A stretch of 61,668 nucleotides of DNA, filler included. It is 4 parts of 4 records of this genome, joined end to end, with 100 filler letters (N's around TTAATTAATTAA, not from the genome) between each part and the next. Parts side by side here need not be neighbours in the genome. Positions count along the whole stretch, not along the records: positions 33,454 to 48,859 come from SRR20825006_1637; positions 48,960 to 61,668 come from SRR20825006_1645; 2 more parts are not named here. One strand, written 5' to 3'. The translations under genes and the position numbers were made by a program. This document shows positions 40,197 through 49,271 of the stretch, piece by piece. Position 1 is the stretch's first letter, and every line of letters starts with the position of its first letter. Below the pieces are notes generated by a model. The model was given only the letters and a program-made list of their open reading frames with translations. It was not told where the DNA came from and did not search any database.

Positions 40197-40870
40197 ACCT
40201 AAACCCTTCCTTTCTCGGTTTTGCGACTGCATTTGAGAATGCTCTCGAAGAACAAAGAGCAGAAATCGCAAAGGGCTTTGAAGCGCGCAACAAACTTCTC
40301 AATTCGGCTCATACCGCTTTATTCGCATGCATCGCATCGGTTCACTCAAGAGACGACCGAGAATTCCCCCTTAACAAAGCTACCGAAAAAGCTCACCGCT
40401 TTGCCATCCACGCAGCTACAATTCAGGGCATTCGCCTAATCAAAGCGGCCATTGCGACAGCTAGTTACGCTCAAGCAGCCTCCTTAATTCGACAAGAAAT
40501 AGAAGCTGTTGAAGCATGCAGAGGGTTGCGTCAAGAGAAGCAGAAAGAAGGCTACACTCCTCGCGTAAAGGCACTACGACACTTGGGCGCTGATTACGGT
40601 CGATTAAGCGAAATTGCACACTATTCGAAATCGAAAATCTTGTTGGACTTTACAGATGCACTTGGATCTGGAGTAGATCACAAACTGAATGAAAATTTAG
40701 AAAAGCGCCTGATGGGTCTCCACATTGTAGCGCTGCTTGGAATTTGCCTAGACGCTGCGGAACTCCGCCCCTTCTCGAATGAAGAAATGATGTCGCCAGA
40801 TGAACATGCATGGCTTACATCGGTTTGTGGCATACTCGCAGATCATGGCATATTGTCGCCAAGCGCCTGA
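40175..40870 (+). CDS. Hypothetical protein with HEPN/DUF5677-like motifs, AT-richer than flanks
   Basis: 231-aa [13 protein letters not shown] and [12 protein letters not shown] start with GGGGAG RBS inside the rimO 3' end. Confidence 0.65.
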   Translation: MGENDKVDLNPSFLGFATAFENALEEQRAEIAKGFEARNKLLNSAHTALFACIASVHSRDDREFPLNKATEKAHRFAIHAATIQGIRLIKAAIATASYAQAASLIRQEIEAVEACRGLRQEKQKEGYTPRVKALRHLGADYGRLSEIAHYSKSKILLDFTDALGSGVDHKLNENLEKRLMGLHIVALLGICLDAAELRPFSNEEMMSPDEHAWLTSVCGILADHGILSPSA

Positions 40871-40886
40871 CCCGAGGGTGGGCGTG

Positions 40887-40941
40887 TCAGCGCCCGCCCT
40901 GTGGGGCGGGGCAGGCGCTGAGCGATGACTGCGTCATCGCT
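40887..40941. repeat. REP-like double hairpin
   Basis: TCAGCGCC...GGCGCTGA stem, then perfect AGCGATGAC-TGC-GTCATCGCT. Confidence 0.55.
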
Positions 40942-41021
40942 TGGTGCGAACTGGGAGCGACCACGACACCTTGACCTCACTCCCTCTGATCGGTTGAAGT
41001 CTCCCCAAACGGAGGACCCCC

Positions 41022-41414
41022 ATGCTCAAAAACTACAAAGACCTGCTCGGCGCGGCGCTGGCGATGATTGAGACGATCCCGACAGAAGAGGCGATCAAGC
41101 TCGTCAAAGACGACTCCATCGTGTTTGTCGATCTCAGAGACCGCCGCGAGTTGGAGCGCGAGGGTCGCATTCCCGGCGCGTTTCATTGTCCGCGGGGCAT
41201 GTTGGAATTCTGGATTGACCCCGAAAGCCCCTACCACAAACCGATTTTTGCCGAGGGCAAGAAATACGTGTTTTACTGCGCCTCGGCGTGGCGGTCTGCC
41301 TTGGCGACGAAAACCTGTGTCGAGATGGGGTTGGAGCCGGTGGCGCATGTCGGCGGCGGGTTTACGGCGTGGAAATTGCACGGCGGGCCTGTCGAAGAGG
41401 TCGAAAAGCACTAA
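41022..41414 (+). CDS. Rhodanese-like domain protein
   Basis: VDLRDRRE; GRIPGA; RGMLEFWIDP; active loop FYCASAWRSALA; GGFTAW. Confidence 0.9.
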   Translation: MLKNYKDLLGAALAMIETIPTEEAIKLVKDDSIVFVDLRDRRELEREGRIPGAFHCPRGMLEFWIDPESPYHKPIFAEGKKYVFYCASAWRSALATKTCVEMGLEPVAHVGGGFTAWKLHGGPVEEVEKH

Positions 41415-41421
41415 GACACTC

Positions 41422-41772
41422 TCAAAGCCGGTCCAAATAATAGCGCACCGCATCCTGGACATGGCGAAACCGATCGCCGCCCAAATGTTTGCCGCCATAC
41501 CAACGGGTGACGACGATGAGGTGATCGGTCAGGCCTTCACGTTCCAACATCCGCAGGATCACCATTCCCGCGCCGCTTTCGCCGTCATCGTTTTTGACGG
41601 GCGTGCCATCCGCGAGCAAAAGTCCCCATGTGTTGTGGGTGGCCTTGACGAATTTCTTTTGCTTGCAGAGGGTCTTGATCAGGACCTTTGCGGCCTCCGC
41701 GTTGGCACAGGGCGCGCCTGAGACGGCGTATTTGGAGCCGCGATCCGAGATGATGCCATCGAAAATCTGCAT
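41422..41772 (-). CDS. YigZ/IMPACT family protein
   Basis: DRGSKY; KATHNTW; DDGESGAG; VTRWYGGKHLGGDRF; start placed at MQIFDG. Confidence 0.9.
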   Translation of the reverse strand: MQIFDGIISDRGSKYAVSGAPCANAEAAKVLIKTLCKQKKFVKATHNTWGLLLADGTPVKNDDGESGAGMVILRMLEREGLTDHLIVVTRWYGGKHLGGDRFRHVQDAVRYYLDRL

Positions 41773-41937
41773 AGGCCCGGTATAAATGCCCCGCGCGCCG
41801 GGCACCACAGCAATCCGACCCCGCCAAGCCGGGGTCATATCAACGACAGCGTGAAAATTCATGATATTATGGCGGGGCTTCGCGACGGATTGGCACGCCT
41901 GTCGCGTAAAACGTGAAAGCACCGTAAAGGAAAGACC

Positions 41938-42477
41938 ATGTCCACCCTCCGTAAATTCGCCACACCGCTGACCATCGGTACATTTTTGATCGTCGGGATC
42001 ACCGGCACGTTTTGGTATTTCCATATCGTCACCGATTTGGGACGCTGGCTACATGAGATCATCGGATTGGCGATGATGGCCGTGGTGGTCTTTCATGTGG
42101 TGCTGAACTGGCGACCGTTTAAACTCTATTTCAAACGCCCGATTGCCTTGGTTTTGATTTTGGCCAGCGTGGCAGTCACCGGCTACGCCTTTGTAGGCGT
42201 GGGCGAGACCGAAGGCGCAGGCGGGCCGCCAAACTTTGCCGCGTTCTCGGCGTTTTCGGATGAAAGCCTGACCACGCTGGGGCCGATCTTTGACACCACA
42301 GGTGAGATTTTGGTCACGCGCTTGACCGATGCAGGCTATAGCGGCGTCTCCCCCACCTCCACCATCGCGGATGTGGCGGGCAGCAATGTCCGCGCGCAGA
42401 TGACCGCGTTTTCGGCGCTGGCGGTTGATGGGTCGGGCTTTGGCGGCCAAGCCCGCGGCGCCGCAGCACGCGATTGA
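41938..42477 (+). CDS. DUF4405-type membrane protein (putative heme b binding)
   Basis: ATPLTIG..ITG; LHEIIGL; FHVVLNWR. Confidence 0.7.
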   Translation: MSTLRKFATPLTIGTFLIVGITGTFWYFHIVTDLGRWLHEIIGLAMMAVVVFHVVLNWRPFKLYFKRPIALVLILASVAVTGYAFVGVGETEGAGGPPNFAAFSAFSDESLTTLGPIFDTTGEILVTRLTDAGYSGVSPTSTIADVAGSNVRAQMTAFSALAVDGSGFGGQARGAAARD

Positions 42478-42499
42478 TGTTGTCACCATCAATCATGCG

Positions 42500-42524
42500 A
42501 AAGGGGCCGATCTGGCCCCTTTTT
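42500..42524. terminator. Bidirectional terminator
   Basis: AAAGGGGCC-GATCT-GGCCCCTTTTT. Confidence 0.8.
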
Positions 42525-42543
42525 GCTGCGTCAAAAGACCCGG

Positions 42544-42843
42544 TCAATTCGCGCTGATCTGGCCCTGAACCGCACGCACATAGTGGAGTTCTTGCGTGTT
42601 CAGGCAGTACTCGGGCGGTAAAACTTGCGGCCCCTGATGGTCCAAAAGCCAAATGATACACGCGTCATGTTGAGTGCAATCACCGCATCGGCTCACCATA
42701 TCAGACAGTTCTTGCAGTGAAATGTCGCCCGAGGCCGCCGCACGTTCGACATCGGCACCAAGGCGCTCGGCCATCCCATGCATCAGGCAGGCGTTGCCCG
42801 GACGTGGGTATGTCAGTTGAAAGGGGGCTGTCTGTGACATCAT
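42544..42843 (-). CDS. DUF6455-like small Cys protein
   Basis: MAERLGAD...RCGDCTQHDAC...PEYCLN. Confidence 0.75.
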   Translation of the reverse strand: MMSQTAPFQLTYPRPGNACLMHGMAERLGADVERAAASGDISLQELSDMVSRCGDCTQHDACIIWLLDHQGPQVLPPEYCLNTQELHYVRAVQGQISAN

Positions 42844-42864
42844 TCGTCCTCCATAGGGCTTGGG

Positions 42865-43134
42865 TTACCGTACCGCGAGGCGTTCAAGATCGGCTTTATT
42901 GCGGCAATAGCCCGGAGCCTGTCGTGCGGTCGTTTCCATCTCTGCATGGGCGTCGAGAAATTTGACGCAGAGATCGGGGCAGGTGCAGCTCAGGCAGCGA
43001 TAAACGCGGTTATGGCCTTCGACCTCTGTCGGTCCTTCGCCACGCTGCGCGATCTCGGTCAAATCCACGCCTAACGTTTCCGCCATCCGATCCACCAAAA
43101 GAGCATGCGTGTCATAGTGTCCAAATTTGGTCAT
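42865..43134 (-). CDS. DUF6455-like small Cys protein (paralog)
   Basis: MAETLGVD...RCLSCTCPDLC...PGYCRN; GGAGG RBS. Confidence 0.75.
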   Translation of the reverse strand: MTKFGHYDTHALLVDRMAETLGVDLTEIAQRGEGPTEVEGHNRVYRCLSCTCPDLCVKFLDAHAEMETTARQAPGYCRNKADLERLAVR

Positions 43135-43208
43135 AGCGGCCTCCGATCCACGGTTGAGATGCGTTAAATATCCGCAGCAAACCAACCACGAGGCGGCGCA
43201 CAGACTCT

Positions 43209-43222
43209 TTGATCCGTGTCAA
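43209..43222. promoter_or_regulatory. FNR/FnrL box
   Basis: TTGAT-CCGT-GTCAA fits TTGAY-N4-RTCAA, 75 nt upstream of the DUF6455-like pair. Confidence 0.7.
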
Positions 43223-43481
43223 AAACGGGGGCTGAGGGCCGCTATCGCCGGGATTGCCGCAAACATGCATAAAATTAAGGCGCTCATTGCCGATTTTTGA
43301 AACTGTTGTGGGCACGATCTGAACACGTGTCCAATTCGAATCTCAACCCTCAGGCCATGGTCGGCATGTGAGGATCGAACCTGTCGCGGTTTTGGGTCGC
43401 ACAGGGCAATATGGTTGGCGCAGATTCCAGAAACCAACGGTCATGGGGTCGGCTTTGAGTGTCTGAAGACATCCCCGCCGC

Positions 43482-44123
43482 TCAAAGAACCAGCACACCC
43501 AACCCGTGCAACAACTCTGTTGCTTGGTTTTTCGAAATGATCGCGCCTTTAAAGCAAGTCGCCGTCGAGAAGGTCAGAACGCCAAGGTCCGCTGCCCGCA
43601 GGTCTGCACCTTCAAAGCGCGCGGTCGCAAGATGCGCATTTTGCAGGCGGCAATTGTCAAAGGTCGCATCACGAAAATCACACCCGGCCAGATCAGCCTC
43701 GGTAAAATCGATGCCATCCAAGTGACATTTTCGAAAATTCATTTCGCGCAAAAATGCACTCGATAGAAGGGAGCCGTTGAAGTCTATTCCAAGTGCACGC
43801 GTATCCTTAAAGTCTGCGCCTGTGAGCTTACAATCGTGAAACTTGGCGCTGGACACATCCGCTCCCGTCCAGTTTGCAAGAGACAGGTTGCAGGCCTGAA
43901 AATGCGCATCCGACAGGCGCGCGTAACTGAAATCAGCTTTGATCGCTCTGCACGTCAAGAATGTGCACTCTTCCATGAGTGCGCTTCTAAAGCTGCAATC
44001 TTCGAAAACGCATCCCTCAAATCGAAACTGTGACAGGTCCATCCCATCAAAACGCTGCGCACGAAACTCGCATGAGATAAAATCCGTCCTGTCGAGATTG
44101 CTGATGTCCTCAATGATCTCCAT
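43482..44123 (-). CDS. Pentapeptide repeat protein (MfpA/AlbG/Qnr-like architecture)
   Basis: Continuous A(D/N)(L/F)xx repeats; C-terminal GAIISKNQATELLHGLGVLV helix. Confidence 0.88.
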   Translation of the reverse strand: MEIIEDISNLDRTDFISCEFRAQRFDGMDLSQFRFEGCVFEDCSFRSALMEECTFLTCRAIKADFSYARLSDAHFQACNLSLANWTGADVSSAKFHDCKLTGADFKDTRALGIDFNGSLLSSAFLREMNFRKCHLDGIDFTEADLAGCDFRDATFDNCRLQNAHLATARFEGADLRAADLGVLTFSTATCFKGAIISKNQATELLHGLGVLVL

Positions 44124-44202
44124 TGGTGGCCAAGCGTCCTTTCCACGACGTTACATCGTGGGTCATGCAATGTGTTTGGATTGTGCGCCCTTCGGCACGG
44201 AC

Positions 44203-44919
44203 CTACAGCGTCGCCATGGTCCGGCGCACGGTTTCGATCCGTTGCGTGTTCGGCGGGTGCGAGCCAAGGAAGCGATCGCCCGGATCGGGAATGCGGGTAA
44301 AATATTCAGCTCCGCGCACCGGGTTATATCCGGCACGATAGGCGATCACCGTGCCCAATTGATCGGCCTCCAACTCATAGGATTTCGAATAGCTCCGCGC
44401 GCCCACCGTGGCACCGATGTTTTGCGCGGTCTCAATCGTCGAGGCATCCCCCCCAATCGCCGCAATCAACACGCCGCCCAAAAGCGCGCCCGTGATGGCC
44501 GTCTGCTCCGTGCGTGCCAAGTGACCCGCGATGTGATGCGAGGCCTCATGCCCCATCACAAAGGCCAATTCGTCGGTGTTTTGCACATCCGCGATCAAAG
44601 CGACGGTAAAGGTCAGGACAGGCCGACCGTTTGCGTCCAGAGATTGCCACGCGTTCGAAGGGGCTTTGGGATCGGTTTCGACCACAATTTTGAAATCGCA
44701 ATTCGCCCCAGCGGTGCGGGCGCGACATTCGCGTTCGGCCACGGGTTCGACCCGAGCGACGACCGCGGCAAAATCACTGACCGAGACGGAGCCAGATCGC
44801 GACACAGGCGGGGACATAGATTGGGATTGCGGGCGGCTGTCCACAGGCGGTGTCGTGGTCATGTCGACACAGCCGGACAATAGCCCCGCGATCATCACAG
44901 TTGCGAACATGTGTTTCAC
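44203..44919 (-). CDS. M48 family metallopeptidase, lipoprotein
   Basis: Lipobox LSGC; ELAFVMGHEASH; ELEADQLG; SHPP. Confidence 0.9.
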   Translation of the reverse strand: MKHMFATVMIAGLLSGCVDMTTTPPVDSRPQSQSMSPPVSRSGSVSVSDFAAVVARVEPVAERECRARTAGANCDFKIVVETDPKAPSNAWQSLDANGRPVLTFTVALIADVQNTDELAFVMGHEASHHIAGHLARTEQTAITGALLGGVLIAAIGGDASTIETAQNIGATVGARSYSKSYELEADQLGTVIAYRAGYNPVRGAEYFTRIPDPGDRFLGSHPPNTQRIETVRRTMATL

Positions 44920-45063
44920 GTTAAAGACAGTCCTTTTTCATCACACCCGAAAGACATGACATCACAGAGATATGCGCCTTAGAAATAGGCGCATGTTGCG
45001 CCCCTGGCCAGTCACACAAATGTGCGCACTTGCATTCGGCCATGGGCAGAGTAGCATCGGGAC

Positions 45064-45303
45064 ATGTTTACCATTGAACACGACTTCGACGCCACCGTTG
45101 TGACCCTTATGGACGAAGGTGAATTCGTCCTGCAAGAGGATGTCATCATCAATGCCTTTTCCGAATGCGTGACGATCGAGCAGCTTGATCCACGCACGGA
45201 TCGGGTCCAGAAAATCACCCTGTCGATGCGGCAATTGCATGATCTGGGTGCGGCTTTGGACCTCCCCGAGGGGGCGTATCGGTTGACGCCCGTCAAAGAC
45301 TAG
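45064..45303 (+). CDS. Conserved small Rhodobacteraceae hypothetical protein
   Basis: 79 aa MFTIEHDFDATVVTL...ALDLPEGAY. Confidence 0.7.
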   Translation: MFTIEHDFDATVVTLMDEGEFVLQEDVIINAFSECVTIEQLDPRTDRVQKITLSMRQLHDLGAALDLPEGAYRLTPVKD

Positions 45304-45312
45304 ACATCAAAA

Positions 45313-45576
45313 TCAGCTCCGGCGAAACACCTTGTCGCGCGAGGTTTCGCCGCGCACCAGTTCGAGCGTGGATTTGGCAATGCCCAAAGATTTGGCCAAG
45401 AGTTTCACCACGTCTTTCGTCGCCTTGCCGCCTTCGGGTACGGTTGTGACATAGACCCGGACTTGCCCGTCCTCCACCGTCACAACATTGCGTGAGGCTT
45501 TCGGCGTGACGCGCACGGATAACATATCGCCGTCAAACGCCGCCTCAATCGCCTGTTTCAACGCCTCTTTGTCCAT
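45313..45576 (-). CDS. DUF167 (YggU) family protein
   Basis: VRVTPKASRN; VPEGGKA; LVRGETSRDK. Confidence 0.88.
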   Translation of the reverse strand: MDKEALKQAIEAAFDGDMLSVRVTPKASRNVVTVEDGQVRVYVTTVPEGGKATKDVVKLLAKSLGIAKSTLELVRGETSRDKVFRRS

Positions 45577-45686
45577 CTTACTCGTCTGTAATTGCTCGGC
45601 TTATCGGCCTAATTGCATTTGCCCGGTTGAATCTGACTGTAAAACCTCCGACATGAAACATCAAACGCGCAACCAAAAGGCCAGAC

Positions 45687-46265
45687 ATGCCCAACCCCAA
45701 TTCTGCCGCCCTCGATTTTTTGCTCACCCGTCGCTCTCGCCCGGCCAAAACATTGGTCGCACCGGTGCCGGACAAATACGCGCTCAAACCGATCCTGACG
45801 GCCGCCCTGCGCACACCGGATCATGGGAAACTGGAGCCTTGGCGGCTGATTGTGTTGGAAAAAGCGGCGCTGACGCGACTGGCCGGGATGATCGCGCCTT
45901 TGGGGCACAGCCTCGGGATCGACCCGGAAAAGATCGAAAAAGCCCGCCACCAATTTGCCGATGCCGATCTGGCCGTGACGGTGGTGTTTTCGCCAAAAGA
46001 CAGCGAAAAAGTCCCCCATATCGAACAGCTTTATTCCGCAGGCGCTGTCTGCCTGTCGCTTTTAAACGCGGCTTTGGCGGCGGGTTGGGGGGCCAATTGG
46101 CTGTCGGGTTGGGCCTCGCATGATCGGTCTTTCGTGGAAAACGGTCTTGGCCTTTTACCGCACGAAAGCATCGCAGGCTTCATCCACATCGGCACAGAAT
46201 CCTGTGCCCCGCCCGAACGCCCCCGCCCCGAGTTGGATCAGGTTGTAAGCTGGGTGGATCAGTGA
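45687..46265 (+). CDS. Nitroreductase family protein (YdjA-like)
   Basis: LLTRRS; RTPDHGKLEPWR; GWGANWLSGW; AGFIHIGT. Confidence 0.92.
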   Translation: MPNPNSAALDFLLTRRSRPAKTLVAPVPDKYALKPILTAALRTPDHGKLEPWRLIVLEKAALTRLAGMIAPLGHSLGIDPEKIEKARHQFADADLAVTVVFSPKDSEKVPHIEQLYSAGAVCLSLLNAALAAGWGANWLSGWASHDRSFVENGLGLLPHESIAGFIHIGTESCAPPERPRPELDQVVSWVDQ

Positions 46266-46960
46266 TGTTTGGCGATTTTTCCAAGGCCTTAGGGCAACTG
46301 AGCGACAAACGCTTTCAGGCCGTGTTGCTCAAAGGATTGGGCCTGACCGTGGCGCTTTTGGTTGCAATCTATCTGGCCTTTGTCTGGGTCATCGGGGTGT
46401 TTGTGCCGGATACATTCTCCCTGCCCTTCATCGGTGAGGTGCATTGGATCGACAATGCGCTCTCAATCGGCTCGTTCTTCTTTATGATCCTGCTGTCGAT
46501 GTTCTTGATGGTGCCGGTGGCCTCGGCCTTTACCGGGATTTTCCTCGAAGAGGTGTCGGAGGCCGTCGAAGACCGGCATTTCCCCGGCCTGCCGCCCGTG
46601 CCCCGTCAAACGATCTCTGATTTGGTGATCGACAGCTTGGGCTTCCTCGGTGTGATCGTCGCGGCCAACCTTGTGGCACTAGTGCTGTACCTGTTGCTCA
46701 ACATCGCCGCCCCGGTGATCTTTTGGGCCTTAAACGGCTTTCTGTTGGGACGGGAGTATTTTCAAATGGTTGCGATGCGTCGCCTTGGCCGCGAGGGCGC
46801 AAAAGCGGCGCGCAAACGCCATATGCCGGAGATTTGGCTGGCCGGCGCTTTGATGGCCGTGCCTTTGTCGATCCCCGTGGTCAACCTGTTGATCCCGGTG
46901 CTGGGGGCCGCCACATTCACCCATATGTTCATGCGGCTTGAGGGCAAACAGATCCGTTAG
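46262..46960 (+). CDS. EI24/CysZ-like membrane protein
   Basis: VSEAVEDRHFP; NGFLLGREYF; IPVVNLLIPV. Confidence 0.85.
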   Translation: MMFGDFSKALGQLSDKRFQAVLLKGLGLTVALLVAIYLAFVWVIGVFVPDTFSLPFIGEVHWIDNALSIGSFFFMILLSMFLMVPVASAFTGIFLEEVSEAVEDRHFPGLPPVPRQTISDLVIDSLGFLGVIVAANLVALVLYLLLNIAAPVIFWALNGFLLGREYFQMVAMRRLGREGAKAARKRHMPEIWLAGALMAVPLSIPVVNLLIPVLGAATFTHMFMRLEGKQIR

Positions 46961-46962
46961 GC

Positions 46963-47244
46963 TTAGCTGTCGGCCACGGACGGCAGATTTGCCGTCCAGT
47001 CCATATCGTGCCAGGTGATGCCGCTGTAGCTGATCAACCCGACAAGGACGATCCAGATCGCTGTGGCAAACACCGTCACCCAGATCGCTTTGCGTTTGGG
47101 ATTGTAATTGGCCGGGGCACCGTCATGGGTTCCGGCCACTTTTTCACCCATGTCCCCTTGGGTTTTCAACCCGATGGGCAAAGCGATGAACATGGTCATG
47201 AACCATGTCACGGCATAAAGCACGATTGCAGAGGTGATCGCCAT
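46963..47244 (-). CDS. DUF1467 family protein
   Basis: MAITSAIVLYAVTW...LPIGLKTQGD...GTHDGAP; typical neighbour of mce. Confidence 0.82.
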   Translation of the reverse strand: MAITSAIVLYAVTWFMTMFIALPIGLKTQGDMGEKVAGTHDGAPANYNPKRKAIWVTVFATAIWIVLVGLISYSGITWHDMDWTANLPSVADS

Positions 47245-47271
47245 GACGCGCTCCTTTTCGGTTCAACCGAC

Positions 47272-47676
47272 TTAGACTTGTTCCAACTCGACCAGACAGC
47301 CGTTGAAATCTTTCGGGTGCAAAAACAACACCGGCTTGCCATGCGCGCCGATTTTCGGTTCGCCCGTGCCCAAAACCCGTGCGCCCGCCTCTTTCAACTT
47401 ATCGCGCGCGGCCAAAATGTCATCGACCTCATAGCAAATGTGATGAATGCCACCCGCCGGGTTCTTTTCCAAAAACCCGTTGATCGGGGAGTTTTCACCG
47501 AGCGGGTACAACAGCTCGATCTTGGTGTTGGGCAATTCGATAAACACCACGGTCACACCATGATCCGGCTCGTCTTGCGGCGGATTGACCTTAGCGCCCA
47601 GCGTGTTGGCATATTGCGCCGCAGCGGCGTCCAGGTCAGGCACGGCGATGGCGACGTGGTTGAGGCGTCCGATCAT
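47272..47676 (-). CDS. mce: Methylmalonyl-CoA epimerase
   Basis: RLNHVAIAV; HGVTVVF; GGIHHICYEV; GAHGKPVLFLHPKD. Confidence 0.96.
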   Translation of the reverse strand: MIGRLNHVAIAVPDLDAAAAQYANTLGAKVNPPQDEPDHGVTVVFIELPNTKIELLYPLGENSPINGFLEKNPAGGIHHICYEVDDILAARDKLKEAGARVLGTGEPKIGAHGKPVLFLHPKDFNGCLVELEQV

Positions 47677-47788
47677 GATGTTTCCTCCAAAAGGCAGCTC
47701 TTTGGCCCCAGCTTATCACCCGCAGCGGGGTGCCTCGCAAGGGCAAAGCGGCAACGTTTTGCGCAACCATTGTCCAGCTTGTCTCTCG

Positions 47789-47821
47789 GTTAACCGCTCA
47801 TTCACCAGTTTTGCGGTTAAC
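47789..47821. promoter_or_regulatory. CtrA-like site / inverted repeat upstream of the response regulator
   Basis: GTTAACCGC-N15-GCGGTTAAC; includes TTAA-N7-TTCAC. Confidence 0.5.
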
Positions 47822-47851
47822 TCTGAGTCGCACTGGATGGAGCTGTGACCA

Positions 47852-48571
47852 ATGACCGATGATCTTGAAAGCCTGTTGGCGCCCCAAAGCCCAACTCCCG
47901 AACGCCCTCTTTTGGGTCTGACTGTTCTTGTTGTCGAGGACAGCCGGTTTGCCTCTGAGGCGATGCGGCTTTTGTGTTTGCGCTCGGGCGCGCGTATTCG
48001 CCGCGCCGACAGCCTTCAGTCCGCACGTAAACATTTGCGGGTCTACCGCCCAAATGTTGTGATCGTGGATCTTGGCCTGCCCGACGGATCGGGCGCGGAA
48101 TTGATTGACGAATTGAGCCACGCCCGCCCCGGCGTTGACGTTATTCTGGGCATGTCGGGTGACAGTGGTGCTGAGGCACTGGCTTCGGCGGCCGGGGCCA
48201 ATGGGTTTATCGAAAAACCGATTTCCTCGCTGGGCGCGTTCCAGGAAAAGGTTCTCTCTTGCTTGCCGACGGGCACGCGCCCCACCGGGCTTCATGTTAT
48301 CACTGACGAAGAAATTTGGCCGGACAAGATCGCGTTGCAGGATGACTTTGTCCATATCGCCGATCTTCTGACCACCGATGGTGGCGAAGATATGTTGGAT
48401 TACATTGCACAATTCCTGTCGGGCGTGGCACGCACGGCAGGCGATGCGGAAATGGAAACGGCGGCGCATAGCTTGGCCGATCACCGCGAACAGGGGCTGC
48501 CCTATGGCTCTGATCTGGCGCGGATTGCCGGGCTGGTTCAGGCCCGGATCGAACCGCGCAAAGTGGTGTGA
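47852..48571 (+). CDS. Response regulator (receiver domain with helical non-DNA-binding C-terminus)
   Basis: VLVVEDS; IVDLGLPDGSG; GMSGD; FIEKP. Confidence 0.88.
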   Translation: MTDDLESLLAPQSPTPERPLLGLTVLVVEDSRFASEAMRLLCLRSGARIRRADSLQSARKHLRVYRPNVVIVDLGLPDGSGAELIDELSHARPGVDVILGMSGDSGAEALASAAGANGFIEKPISSLGAFQEKVLSCLPTGTRPTGLHVITDEEIWPDKIALQDDFVHIADLLTTDGGEDMLDYIAQFLSGVARTAGDAEMETAAHSLADHREQGLPYGSDLARIAGLVQARIEPRKVV

Positions 48572-48639
48572 TCCACGCGCTTTGGAGGCTGTGACGGCGA
48601 TACCCATCCAAAAGCGGTGCCGCCTCACATCCCAAAAGC

Positions 48640-48670
48640 AAAAGGCGCGAAGGATGCCCTCGCGCCTTTT
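48640..48670. terminator. Bidirectional terminator
   Basis: AAAAGGCGCGA...TCGCGCCTTTT. Confidence 0.8.
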
Positions 48671-48760
48671 CTCGGTTTCAAATTTCACAGCCCTGAGACT
48701 GCGCCGCGGCCCCGCCTGTTCAGCACTGAAACAGCCCATTGGGCCGTTGTCCGAGCCGCC

Positions 48761-48859
48761 TCACTCTTGTGGAATGACCCGGATGTTCAACTCGCGCAGC
48801 TGTTCATTGGTCGGCTCGTTCGGAGCGCCCATCATCAGGTCTTCGGCGCGCTGGTTCAT
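48761..48859 (-). CDS. aspS: Aspartate-tRNA ligase, C-terminal fragment (not in ORF track)
   Basis: Reverse strand reads [32 protein letters not shown]-stop, the characteristic AspRS C-terminus. Confidence 0.88.
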   Translation of the reverse strand: MNQRAEDLMMGAPNEPTNEQLRELNIRVIPQE

Positions 48860-48959
48860 NNNNNNNNNNNNNNNNNNNNNNNNNNNNNNNNNNNNNNNNN
48901 NNNTTAATTAATTAANNNNNNNNNNNNNNNNNNNNNNNNNNNNNNNNNNNNNNNNNNNN
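48860..48959. other. Artificial contig linker
   Basis: N-run, TTAATTAATTAA, N-run. Confidence 0.99.
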
Positions 48960-49102
48960 ACCTCGCTCATATCGTTGACGATCACGGCGACGCGGCGCCC
49001 CTCCCTGTTGTTCAAGACATGGTTGAGCAGCGTGGTCTTCCCCGCGCCGAGAAATCCCGAAAGGACCGTCACCGGGAGACGTTGTTTGGCCATGGTATTC
49101 AT
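48960..49102 (-). CDS. COG0523 (CobW/ZigA-like) metallochaperone GTPase, N-terminal fragment
   Basis: [49 protein letters not shown]. Confidence 0.92.
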
Positions 49103-49150
49103 CTGAGAAACCCTCCTCGAAAGCGTGTTCAGCAAAATAACAGCCACCTG

Positions 49151-49193
49151 TTGCAAGCGACTTGCGAATATATAAACGCAAGCAACTTGCAAT
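49151..49193. promoter_or_regulatory. Tandem palindromic operator GCAAG-N3-CTTGC x2, probable Zur-type site
   Basis: Copies at 49153-49165 and 49178-49190 between the divergent COG0523 and Fur-family genes. Confidence 0.72.
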
Positions 49194-49271
49194 AACAAGC
49201 ACCGTTCGCATCATTTCAAACGTCGTGTATCTTGCTCACGCGAGCAGCGTTCGCCGGAGAGGAGAGAAGAG

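Noticed and set aside
41891-41905. TGGCAC-N5-TCGC sigma54-like promoter before the DUF4405-type gene
   Set aside because: The -12 element is imperfect and no activator or other support is visible.
48761-49102. Apparent adjacency of aspS and the COG0523 GTPase, and ORFs running through N runs
   Set aside because: They are on different contigs separated by a linker.
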